A DNA stretch of 63,280 nt, filler included, from Octopus bimaculoides (lineage: Eukaryota): NCBI RefSeq assembly GCF_001194135.2. It is 5 parts of 4 records of this genome, joined end to end, with 100 filler letters (N's around TTAATTAATTAA, not from the genome) between each part and the next. Parts side by side here need not be neighbours in the genome. Positions count along the whole stretch, not along the records: positions 33,481 to 57,762 come from NC_068982.1; positions 57,863 to 61,522 come from NC_068985.1; positions 61,623 to 63,280 come from NC_069005.1; 2 more parts are not named here. One strand, written 5' to 3'. The notes beneath the pieces were generated by a model, which was not told the origin of the DNA, ran no database searches, and saw nothing but the letters and a program-made list of their open reading frames with translations. The position numbers and the translations under genes are program-made. Positions 50,312 to 61,684 of the stretch are shown piece after piece; positions within the stretch are counted from its first letter, which is position 1, and every line of letters starts with the position of its first letter.

Positions 50312-51014
50312 TGTAGGGCAGGATTCGTACCTAAAGTAATAAAAGTTTGGTAAATGTATTCTCGTCTCCACTCGTTTGTTTGCGTTTAGCTTAACAAAGC
50401 TATAACTGGTGACCCTGACGTGATACACAACGAAGACCCCCCCCTCCAGTCACCCTACGATGGTCCATATCGAGTCATACTTCCAGGAGATAAAACATTC
50501 CAACTCCTAATTGGTGGATGACAAGACACAGTCTCCATCGATAGATTGAAACCGGCCCATCTCGATATTGACAGCCCCGTCCAGGTGGCCCAACCACCAA
50601 ACAGGGGCCGTCCTAGACAGATCACACCAGCCCTTGACAAGGAACAGTCAGCAAAGAATCGAGTAACCCCACGCAGGGGCAGGACAATTAAAACGCATAT
50701 CCCGTTTCCAGTGACAGTCTACAGTTCTGGTGGGAGGGGAGCTATGTAGGGAAGGGTTCGTGACAGACAAACTGCAGATAGAAACTTTGCAGCAGGCTAG
50801 CTAGAGGAAATTGGTCAGCAGTAAAAAAAAGGACTTCCGGAAAGGAGAATCAAAACAGAAGACTGTCAACGGTGAGCGTGAAACGAATCTGAGTGAACGA
50901 AACAGAAATAACTGACGACTTCAGCCCTGATGTACGTAAAGTAATAAAGCTTTGGTAAATGTATTCTTGTCTCCACCGGTTTGTTTGTGTGTAGCTTAAC
51001 AAAGCCATAAGACA
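50312..51014 (+). mobile_element. Internally deleted Gypsy LTR retrotransposon (5' LTR 50312-50406, PBS-Trp 50407-50424, integrase C-terminus, PPT 50729-50741, 3' LTR 50745-51014)
   Basis: The two LTRs share tgtaggg starts and taaagtaataaa...cttaacaaagc ends; PBS tggtgaccctgacgtgat; SPYDGPYRV...DTVSIDRLKPAH is a GPY/F module. Confidence 0.88.
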
Positions 51015-51654
51015 AAGGACGGAGAGAGAATAAGAAAATGAGGTGACTAAAAACACGTTGACACATCTTCATTGTTTCTAATCCCAACTCCATCTTCATC
51101 TTTAAATCTCCACTCTCTTTGCTTTTAGCCTTTCTCTTACATGTTTCTATCTTTCTTTCTTACTTTTTCCCTCTCCCTCTCTCACTTTACATCTTTCTCT
51201 ATTTGAGTTATCTCCCCTAACAACACATAGGCATAAAGCTATTGTATTAAAACAGATTATTTGTTACCAAAAATGTGCATTAATGCAAAAATAATTTTGT
51301 AGAAGAGAAAACGGTTTAATCACAAAATATTCTTTAATCTTTAAAACTTTTACTGATTTCCACAATAAGTCTACCAAAATATAATTATTGCCTATTGATC
51401 TCTTCCAAAAATATTGAGGAAGATTTCGAACAGATAGTTCTGATTACTCCATGAATTCATTATGTCTAGAAAATTAATTTCAGACAAAATGATTTAAATT
51501 TTAAGAGAAAAAAAAATTTTGTTTTGTTTTTTGATATGAGAATAAAGTTTCTATTTTATCAAATCTTGTAATTTAAAAAGATATAAAATGGTTTGGTGAG
51601 ACACATTTGAGAAAGGACAAGAAGAGACAGTGGCACTTATTTCACATACAGAAG

Positions 51655-51800
51655 ATGCCGGTATGGCTATGTAGTTAAAAAGCATGTTCCCTAACTCTGT
51701 GATCTCAGGTTCAATTTCACTGTATGGTGCCTTGAGCCAGTGTCTTGTACTATAGCACCAGGCCAACCAATGCTTTGTGAGATTTGGTAGACATAAAGTG
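51655..51800 (+). mobile_element. SINE family B 5' half, diverged
   Basis: ggctatgtagttaaaaagcatgttccctaactctgtgatctcaggttcaatttcactgtatggtgccttgagccag. Confidence 0.65.
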
Positions 51801-52201
51801 TATAGAAGCTCATTCTATGTGCGTGCTCATGCACTTCTGACTTGACATGATGTGTTAGCCATAAACAAGCATCACCATCACGCAAGTGGTGTCATTCATT
51901 TCCAGCCTTCCTTGAAAAACATGTCTGACCATTAAGAAATATTATCTTGTTTGGAAACAGGTGAAGGTTGGTGACAAAAAAAGGGCATCGAGCAGAAGAA
52001 AATCTGCCTCAACTGATTCTGCTTGACCCCCTGCAAGCATAGAAAAGGGGGACATTAAACTGATGATGATCTTTAGTCTTTTATCATTGGGATCATTGGA
52101 ATGATGTAAGCCTTTCACCAGCATCTTGTAAAATCTTTGTCACTGAAGTGCCAGTAGGGAGGAGTGCTTTGGACCCTGGACTCGCTAGAAATTGTAGCTA
52201 A

Positions 52202-52520
52202 ATGTCATCATCATCATTTAGCATCCATTGTCCATGCTGGCATGGGTTGGACGGTTTAACCAGGGCTGGTAAGCTGGAGGGCTGCACCAGACTCCAGTCT
52301 GATTTGGCATGGTCTCTACAGCTGGATGCCCTTCCTAACACCAACCATTCTGAGAGTGTAATGGGTGCTTTTATGTGCCACTGGCACAGGTGCCATTTGT
52401 GTGAAACCAGTATCTGCCACAACTGCGATTTTGCTTGGCTTGATGGGTCTTCTTCTCAAGCATGACATAATGCCAAAGGCCTCAGTCATTGCCTCCTTGA
52501 GGCCCAACACTCGAAATGTG
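52202..52520 (-). mobile_element. Family D (RTE-tail) copy
   Basis: Near match to 43615-43940. Confidence 0.85.
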
Positions 52521-53739
52521 CTTTTTATGTGGCCACCTCCATGATGTGTGTGTGTGTCTATTTGGTTGAGAAGCCAATGTCTTACCACACAGCCATGCTT
52601 GTGCTTTTTTTAATGATCAGCACAAGTTACAGAGTGATTTGTCTGGATTGACAATCCACAGAAATGCCATTATCACCAGTATATATATATATATNNNNNN
52701 NNNNNNNNNNNNNNNNNNNNNNNNNNNNNNNNNNNNNNNNNNNNNNNNNNNNNNNNNNNNNNNNNNNNNNNNNNNNNNNNNNNNNNNNNNNNNNNNNNNN
52801 NNNNNNNNNNNNNNNNNNNNNNNNNNNNNNNNNNNNNNNNNNNNNNNNNNNNNNNNNNNNNNNNNNNNNNNNNNNNNNNNNNNNNNNNNNNNNNNNNNNN
52901 NNNNNNNNNNNNNNNNNNNNNNNNNNNNNNNNNNNNNNNNNNNNNNNNNNNNNNNNNNNNNNNNNNNNNNNNNNNNNNNNNNNNNNNNNNNNNNNNNNNN
53001 NNNNNNNNNNNNNNNNNNNNNNNNNNNNNNNNNNNNNNNNNNNNNNNNNNNNNNNNNNNNNNNNNNNNNNNNNNNNNNNNNNNNNNNNNNNNNNNNNNNN
53101 NNNNNNNNNNNNNNNNNNNNNNNNNNNNNNNNNNNNNNNNNNNNNNNNNNNNNNNNNNNNNNNNNNNNNNNNNNNNNNNNNNNNNNNNNNNNNNNNNNNN
53201 NNNNNNNNNNNNNNNNNNNNNNNNNNNNNNNNNNNNNNNNNNNNNNNNNNNNNNNNNNNNNNNNNNNNNNNNNNNNNNNNNNNNNNNNNNNNNNNNNNNN
53301 NNNNNNNNNNNNNNNNNNNNNNNNNNNNNNNNNNNNNNNNNNNNNNNNNNNNNNNNNNNNNNNNNNNNNNNNNNNNNNNNNNNNNNNNNNNNNNNNNNNN
53401 NNNNNNNNNNNNNNNNNNNNNNNNNNNNNNNNNNNNNNNNNNNNNNNNNNNNNNNNNNNNNNNNNNNNNNNNNNNNNNNNNNNNNNNNNNNNNNNNNNNN
53501 NNNNNNNNNNNNNNNNNNNNNNNNNNNNNNNNNNNNNNNNNNNNNNNNNNNNNNNNNNNNNNNNNNNNNNNNNNNNNNNNNNNNNNNNNNNNNNNNNNNN
53601 NNNNNATATATATATATATATATATATATAATTAGTGTCTAGCATTAATGAATCAAAAAGTAGTTTTCAGAGCGAAAATAACCAAGAATTCTTAGATCCG
53701 CCATCTCTGACTAAAATGCCACCCACCCACCCATCCAAC

Positions 53740-54050
53740 TATCCTCTGTCATGACGTAAATGATGATGTCAGAGGTGGCTGAGCACTCAATAGCCGATGA
53801 TAAACAGAGAGACAGGAAATATAGAAATATATAGACCAGTCGTGTGTGTGTGTTAGGGAGGAAGCAATTTCTTTCGTTAGCAGGAAAATATCACAAGAAA
53901 AATCTGATTTTAATCTGTTAGGGAAGAATTATTAATTTGGAAAGTATATAGGAATACGTCAGAAAATGAAGTGGTGGGAAGGGGCGGGGCGTTTGGTAGA
54001 AATGTGTTTACGGTGTAATATAAGCTCGTTTAAATTTCACCGTTTTGCTA
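53740..54050. promoter_or_regulatory. Candidate promoter/enhancer: CRE-like TGACGTAA (53752), ACGTCA (53956), GC box GGGGCGGGGC (53981)
   Basis: Motif matches plus local CpG retention inside a CpG-poor domain. No transcript evidence. Confidence 0.3.
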
Positions 54051-54814
54051 AAAGTGCTAATTATGTCCAGTATATTCTTTCAAAGTTTCACTTTCCCCAC
54101 ATCATGAACAGCTTAACACATCTTGGAGAGAGAAACCAACAAGAGAGTGTTTATGGGATTGCTCAGTTTGCTAGAAATAGCAGCCAAATCTCCCTCAGAT
54201 TGCACTCTTACAAAAAACAAGGCAGCATACATAGGATAATGTAGTCTTGGATAGACTATTTACGAGAAAATAGCTGAGATGGTCATGGCTGGAATGCCCT
54301 TTACCATAAGGCTGCTGATATTGGGTTAAACAATACAGCATAAGTTCAATCACAGAAAACTGTTTCTGTGTTTTTTTTGTGTGTGTTTGTGTATTTTATC
54401 AAGTTGAAGCGAGATTTCTTTCTCCTGGCAGATGACACCTTTGCACCACTCAAGAAGACGATGAGATGATGAGATGGTCCAAGTTTCTCACCAGAAACCA
54501 TATTTTTCAATGTACATTGTGTATATATGCTCCAGCTGGGATTGAACTGTCAACATAGGGTTCCAACACAAATACTGTAGCATAACCTAGTGAGATAAAG
54601 GTTCAGACGCCCAAAAGTTCCAGCCCAACCCCACACTCATCAGTGTATTTCATAAGTCAGTGGGTAAGCCATTCAATGATTCTAATGGATCGATCACTGA
54701 TTCACTTTGTTTCTGACAGTGACAAGGGAGTGTTTGTTACTTGGAGTTGAACTAATATACAAAGGAATACTATTCATGAATTGATATTTAAATTTGGTAT
54801 TTACATTTATATTT

Positions 54815-55215
54815 ATGAGGAAGATATAGGACAAAGTATTGAAGGCCGATCTCAAAATGCGGAACCTTTTGAAGGAGATGATGGAGGACTGAGCCATGTG
54901 GTGCATCGCTGTACGCAAGAAGATCTGCCCACCACAACAGAATTGAGATCCTAAAACCAAGGTGTTACATAAAAAGCATTGGTGTGAGTGTTAGTGCCAC
55001 ATAAAAAGAACTGGTGCTGGTGGCGCGTAAAAAGCACCCAACTGACACTCTGTTGAGTGGTTGGCATGTTAGGAAGGGCATCCAGCCATAGAAACCATGC
55101 CAAAGCAGACATGGAATCTGGTGCAGCTCCCCAGCTGTCCAGCCCTTGTCAATTGTCCAACCCATGCCAGCATGGAAAACGGACATTAAATGGTGATGAT
55201 GATGATGATGATGAT
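54815..55215 (+). mobile_element. RTE LINE 3' end plus family D tail
   Basis: RKI*DKVLKADLKMRNLLKEMMED*AMWCIAVRKK aligns with RKTWDEVVKHDL...FWQYAVLEK at ~40200. Confidence 0.7.
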
Positions 55216-56199
55216 GTAATTCAACTTATGCTACATATTTCAATAGCATGGTAATTGTATATGCACAAAACATATTACATAATATGACCTGATGTTACCT
55301 AACTTTTTTTAATATGCTTTATTACCTGATATCGCCTCAGGTACGACTCGTTTTTGCCTGTTGAATGGACTGGAGCAACTTGAAATAAACTGTCTTGCTC
55401 AAGGTCACAACACAATCCGCATGTGTGTATGTGTGTGTCCACACACACAAATACAGAGAGCGCCAACCAGCAGACCAATTCCTCAAACAAAGATCTCATT
55501 TTCTGAAAAGAATCCTTGTATTTTAGCTGCTACCATTGCTTGATTCTCTAAATCTCATGAACCAGCTGTTTTATTGGTGACAATCTCCATCTGTTATTCT
55601 AGGCCACCAAAACTAATAGCTCCAAATTATGTTTGCATCAATTCTCTTCCTACCAAAATCTCTACCCCTGCCCCCATCTCTCTCTCTTCTCTTTCCCCTC
55701 TTCTTAAATATTAGTACGTCTACAGTATGTTGTTGTAATGAAATAGTTTTCAGTGTTATGCAAGGAATGAAAAGCTCTACAGTGAAAATGAAAATAGTAT
55801 TTGGATCAAATGAAGAAGGAAAAGAAGCTGGCCATCTTATCAAAATGTGCCTGTCTAGTTTTAAAAGCAACATTTCACAGTCACAATCTTCACAATTTTC
55901 TTTGCATCAGGCAGTAGTGGTGCTGGTGTTAAATTCTTTTTTTTCAGTTCCAGTTAATATCTTCACCAAAAGTCGGTCAGCCATTAAGTACTCTGACTAT
56001 CATCAATTTCTGACCATTTTACTCTCTATTCAAAAATCTATCATGCCTTGTTAAAATGGATTATCTTTCTTCTTTTACTTCTTTCACTCATTAGACTGTG
56101 GCCATGCTGGGGCACCACCTTGAATAATTTTTAATCAAACAGATCAACCCCATACTAATCTATATTTCTGACATGAGGAATTATATATGTCGCCTTACT

Positions 56200-56515
56200 G
56201 GTACATGTGCCAGTGGGACGTGAGAAACAACATTCGAGTGTGGTCGTTGCCAGTGCCGCCGGACTGGCTCCCGTGCAGGTAGCACGTAAAAAAAACACCT
56301 TTTGAGCATGGTCATTGCCAGAACCATCTGACTGGCCCTCGTGCCGGTGGCAGGTAAAAGCACCCACAACACTCTCGGAGTGGTTGGTGTTAGGAAGGGC
56401 ATCCAGCTGTAGAAACTCTGCCAGGTCAGATTGGAGTTTGGTGCAGCCTCCTGGCTCGCCAGTCCTCAGTCAAACTGTCCAACCCATGCCAGCATGGAAA
56501 CGATGATGATGATGA
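56200..56515 (+). mobile_element. Family D copy
   Basis: ggaagggcatccagctgtagaaac...cccatgccagcatggaaac(gat)n. Confidence 0.85.
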
Positions 56516-56551
56516 TTTACAATGGATGGAGAGGTGTGCTCACCATGTTTG

Positions 56552-56600
56552 TTGTAACCACGTTTCATGTGATGTACTCTCCAGCCTTCATCAGGTGTTC
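56552..56600 (-). ncRNA. Degenerate hammerhead ribozyme (left arm of the foldback)
   Basis: GAACAC CUGAUGA A GGCUG...CACAU GAAACGU G; stem II is broken and the cleavage triplet is GUG. Confidence 0.5.
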
Positions 56601-56940
56601 TGGTGGAATTCCGAACCCAACCCTTTTTTTTATTCTGTTCTCATTCCTAAGGTATTCTTTTTTGCTGATGTTATTTTTTCTGTTGATATTATTTCCCAAG
56701 TCCCTGCCTGGGACTAAACTCAGAATCTGAGGGTTAGTATCTCAGAATCTGAGGGCATATAGCACAGTGGATAAGAACACAGGCTACTAACCCTTGGATT
56801 CTGAGTTCAATCCCAAGCAGGGACTCGAGAAATAATACCTACAGAAAAAATAACATCAGCAAAAAAGAATACCTCAGGAATGAGAACAGTGTACCCCATT
56901 AGTGAAATAAAGGGTTGGGTTCGAAGTTCCACCAAAACCA

Positions 56941-56987
56941 GAACACCTGATGAAGGCTGAAGAGTACATCAACTGAAACGTGGTAAC
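56941..56987 (+). ncRNA. Degenerate hammerhead ribozyme (right arm of the foldback)
   Basis: GAACAC CUGAUGA A GGCUG aagaguacau CAACU GAAACGU G; palindromic ACGU stem III, but GUG at the cleavage site. Confidence 0.55.
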
Positions 56988-57029
56988 AACGAACAAGATG
57001 AGGGCACCTATCCATCCATTGTAAACAGG

Positions 57030-57220
57030 GAATCAACCCCCAGGACTTTTTGTTTTTTTAAGGCTGGTACTTATTCTATCAGTCTCTTTTGCAGAACTAC
57101 TAAGTTATGGGGATGTAAACACAAATACACAAATACACACATACACACATTATACACAACAGGCTTCTTTCAGTTTCCATCTATCAAACCCATCACAAGG
57201 CTTTGGTCGGCCCAAGGCTT
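57030..57220 (-). mobile_element. SINE family B partial
   Basis: tacttattctatcagtctcttttgcagaac...ggcttctttcagtttccatct...ggctttggtcggccc. Confidence 0.75.
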
Positions 57221-58539
57221 TAGTGGGTGTTTCATTCAACATCCTCAAACCACCCTTATTCAGGGACCTTTTGAGCGGGATGGGTTACTTGACCTGAAGA
57301 AAATTGTAACTGGACCCCACTTGTAAGTTCATGCACTGTTAATCTTGATATGAGATCACCATGTCGCGCACATATGGTTGTGATGCATGTGCCTGGTGTA
57401 CCCTTATCAGATGGGTAGTCATGATGGGTATACTGGACTTCGTATATTTGTACCCCAGTGTCACTTTGATGGCACGCGCTGCTCTCTCACTCAATAATAA
57501 TTCGTACTAGTAACAGTAGTAGTAGCAATTGCTAGTACTAACTAGTAGTAGTAGCACAGTGATTTTATTGCGAGACATTCAATGTAAAGTAAACAAGCAG
57601 AATCTGAACTTCTGATAGTGTTTACTGAATCATTCATCAGCTGCTGTAAAATGAAACTTGCACAACATCAGTGTGTGTGTGTGTGTTAACTGTATGTAGG
57701 TCTTGTTCAGTCTCAGCTAATCTAATGATAAATTAATGTGTTATCATATATATATATATATANNNNNNNNNNNNNNNNNNNNNNNNNNNNNNNNNNNNNN
57801 NNNNNNTTAATTAATTAANNNNNNNNNNNNNNNNNNNNNNNNNNNNNNNNNNNNNNNNNNNNAGAAACTGTGGTATGACGTCAGTGTCTGGGGAGGCTGA
57901 CCGGAAGGGCGAGTTGACCGGAAGAGGAAAAAGGGCAGAGGGAACCTCGATCGGGATTCGTGCCCTTTTTCGAACGGGGTCGCGGACAGGACAAGACGTG
58001 TTTAGTGACGGTCTAGGTTTGGGAGAAGCAGCTGCTATTCCTGGTGTTCTTTGGGTCGAGGCAAGCTTCAAGGATTGGATACCGCAAGACAGACTCGCAG
58101 TCGACGAAAGGAAAACCGAGGTAAGGCGATTACATCTACTCGTACGCACACACCACAGAAACAACACTGTGAATTTTGTCAGCTGCCATAACGTGCTGGG
58201 AAGGGGAGGGGGGTCATGACTAAAAATAGATCCAACGTTTCCTCTGCGTATCGTAAAAGGCTACTAAAAGAGGCTGAAGTAGATTCTACACTCCGACCTC
58301 GTAAAATCCCTCACCAGCAACAACATCTACAGAGACTCGTGAAATGGAGAGTTGTCGCCTGAGTGGTGCTGAGGTGTAATCCCCACAGTAGGAAATCACC
58401 AATAAATGGTGGCTGCAGCGACGCGCTGTTGCAGCGCATTCACCCTTACTACCACTACTACTATAACGAGACTAAAGAGACTATCTATCCGATAGATAGA
58501 TAGATAGATAGGTAGATATGTGTGTAAGTGTATATATAT

Positions 58540-58680
58540 ATAATTGTATACCCCAGAGAACTACGTTAAGGGTACACGTGTCTGTGGAGTGCTCAGCCAC
58601 TTGCACGTTAATTTCACGAGCAGGCTGTTCTGTTGATCGGATCAACTGGAACCCTCGACGTCCTAAGCGACGGAGTGCCA
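58540..58680 (+). mobile_element. SINE family C 3' tail, CpG-intact
   Basis: agaactacgttaagggtacacgtgtctgtggagtgctcagcc...gacggagtgcc. A family B copy follows at 58690-58860 (-). Confidence 0.85.
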
Positions 58681-59270
58681 CCTATATATATATATGACAG
58701 ACTTCTTTCAGTTTTCGTTTAACAAATTCACTCACAAAGCTTTGGGTCGGTCCGACACTATAATAGAAGACACTTGCCCAAGATGTCACGCAGCGAGACT
58801 GAACCCGGAAGCATGTAGTTGGAAGGTAAGCTTCTTACCACACATAGCCACGCCTGCGCCTGTATTCATACAAACAGTTTTCGTCGTTCTGAATGGTGTA
58901 TTAATACAAGGCTGATTGTAGTAATTATGATTAAGCTTGTTTTATTCGCTGCAAATTAATTTATCCCAATTAATCCGTTCACCATTTCATCACCCATGTT
59001 ATCATGTTTTTGATTGTTTCTTTCTTTCCCATTCTTTTGCTTCTCTCTCCCCCATCTCACCCTCTCCTCTCTCTTCTTCTCTCTTTCCTTCGCTCTCTCT
59101 CTTTCTCTCTCTTCTTCCCTCTCTCCTTCTCTCCTTCTCTCTCTGTGTCTTTCTCTCTTCCCCACCGCCTTTTTCTTGTCTATTTCGTTTTTAATTATAA
59201 TCCCCATTCTGGCTTTCTTGTTCGTTCATCCATTTCTTCGTCGAATCAACATCTGAATGAATGAATGACT

Positions 59271-59339
<69 letters not shown>

Positions 59340-59409
59340 AAGAGAGAGAGAGAAAGAGAGAGAGAGAAAGAGAGAGAGAGAAAGAGAGAGAGAGAAATAG
59401 AGAGAGAGA

Positions 59410-59447
<38 letters not shown>

Positions 59448-59835
59448 GAGAGAAAGAGAGAGAGAGAATCACTTCTCAGAGAAACTAAATAAATAAAATA
59501 TAGAAGCCTCTGGGTGTTCACTAGACCTGCTAGAAACGGCGGTCAAACTTCTTTCGGGTTATACATTACTTAAAAAATAAGGGATATAAGCAGTACAGGG
59601 CGCTGACTCTCATGGCTTCGGATCTTAACTGACCGGAAGTGATATCATGTACATGTTTTGTCTTTGTATGGGCTACAGCAAATATTCTGTTCAATACCGC
59701 AGATTTGCTTGTCAGTTGCTTGATCTTAACCAATTGACGATGTGGCTGACGATATGCGCTGTTTATCTTTTTAAGATCGCTGACCAAAACATTCAATTTT
59801 TTTTCACCGTGTTTTTCTCCTTGCTTTATCCGTAT

Positions 59836-59872
59836 TCTTTCTGTTGAAGAGCGTAGCTCTAAACGTTAAAGA
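59836..59872 (+). ncRNA. Degenerate minimal hammerhead motif in a probable Penelope-like terminal repeat (~59590-59965)
   Basis: UCUUU CUGUUGA A GAGC gua GCUC UAAAC GUU AAAGA: 5-bp stem I, 4-bp stem II, ACGU palindrome, two core substitutions. Confidence 0.55.
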
Positions 59873-59962
59873 CTTTCTCTATTCCCGAGCGTTAATCTAA
59901 TACATCCTTTTGTTGTTTACACCACCTGTCCTCGTCTGTTGTTGTTTTTTTCGTAAATTCTC

Positions 59963-60011
<49 letters not shown>

Positions 60012-60946
60012 CATATATATATNNNNNNNNNNNNNNNNNNNNNNNNNNNNNNNNNNNNNNNNNNNNNNNNNNNNNNNNNNNNNNNNNNNNNNNNNNNNNN
60101 NNNNNNNNNNNNNNNNNNNNNNNNNNNNNNNNNNNNNNNNNNNNNNNNNNNNNNNNNNNNNNNNNNNNNNNNNNNNNNNNNNNNNNNNNNNNNNNNNNNN
60201 NNNNNNNNNNNNNNNNNNNNNNNNNNNNNNNNNNNNNNNNNNNNNNNNNNNNNNNNNNNNNNNNNNNNNNNNNNNNNNNNNNNNNNNNNNNNNNNNNNNN
60301 NNNNNNNNNNNNNNNNNNNNNNNNNNNNNNNNNNNNNNNNNNNNNNNNNNNNNNNNNNNNNNNNNNNNNNNNNNNNNNNNNNNNNNNNNNNNNNNNNNNN
60401 NNNNNNNNNNNNNNNNNNNNNNNNNNNNNNNNNNNNNNNNNNNNNNNNNNNNNNNNNNNNNNNNNNNNNNNNNNNNNNNNNNNNNNNNNNNNNNNNNNNN
60501 NNNNNNNNNNNNNNNNNNNNNNNNNNNNNNNNNNNNNNNNNNNNNNNNNNNNNNNNNNNNNNNNNNNNNNNNNNNNNNNNNNNNNNNNNNNNNNNNNNNN
60601 NNNNNNNNNNNNNNNNNNNNNNNNNNNNNNNNNNNNNNNNNNNNNNNNNNNNNNNNNNNNNNNNNNNNNNNNNNNNNNNNNNNNNNNNNNNNNNNNNNNN
60701 NNNNNNNNNNNNNNNNNNNNNNNNNNNNNNNNNNNNNNNNNNNNNNNNNNNNNNNNNNNNNNNNNNNNNNNNNNNNNNNNNNNNNNNNNNNNNNNNNNNN
60801 NNNNNNNNNNNNNNNNNNNNNNNNNNNNNNNNNNNNNNNNTTTTTATATCATTTTGAACCACTTCCTCCTCATGATCATGATTATCATCATCATCATCAT
60901 CATAATCATTAGCATTATTACGACCACCACCGACGCTGCCGCCATC

Positions 60947-60999
<53 letters not shown>

Positions 61000-61420
61000 C
61001 ACCATCATCATCGTCATTATCACTATCGCTACCATGTTCCAAGCAGATTACTTTTATTTCCTCTGCATAAAATCATTTGGAGCCAGGACGAAATTGAAGA
61101 CTTCTGTTTTTTTTATTTATTATTATTTTGTCAAGAATGTATGTGTTTTGATTTTCTCCTTCCAAACAAAAACTGTTGTTTATGTATAACACTGCGTATA
61201 CTGTTGAACTGTCTCTTCATATGTCTGTCTGTGTCTGTATGCCTATTTGGTTATCTCCTCTTTAACTCTATCGTTTGCTTTCTCACTCACTCTGTCTGTC
61301 TCTCTTTCTCTCACTTTCCTTCATTCACTCTGTCTCACTGCCTCTCTTTTTTCTCTCTCTCACTCTCTTGATCCTTGTTTTAAAAATATTTTTCCATTCC
61401 TTTAAGCAACTGTTCTTTCC

Positions 61421-61522
<102 letters not shown>

Positions 61523-61684
61523 NNNNNNNNNNNNNNNNNNNNNNNNNNNNNNNNNNNNNNNNNNNNTTAATTAATTAANNNNNNNNNNNNNNNNNNNNNN
61601 NNNNNNNNNNNNNNNNNNNNNNATATAATATAATATAATATAATATAATATAATATAATATAATATAATATAATATAATATATA

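Larger units (their letters stand above)
56516..57025. repeat. About 510-bp foldback of a tRNA-headed, hammerhead-tailed short element
   Basis: 56516-56738 is the reverse complement of ~56783-57025. tRNA-like head at 56753-56825 with A-box tagcacagtgg and B-box gttcaatcc. Confidence 0.85.

Noticed and set aside
55629-56054. 141-aa plus ORF
   Set aside because: Low-complexity start, no recognisable domain, no good donor site.
56753-56825. Functional tRNA gene
   Set aside because: It has A and B boxes but no proper acceptor stem or terminator, and it continues into a repeat body. All tRNA-like sequences in the window are SINE heads.
59265-59492. Charged ERKKER/ERER ORF
   Set aside because: Translation of (GAAA)n/(GA)n microsatellites.
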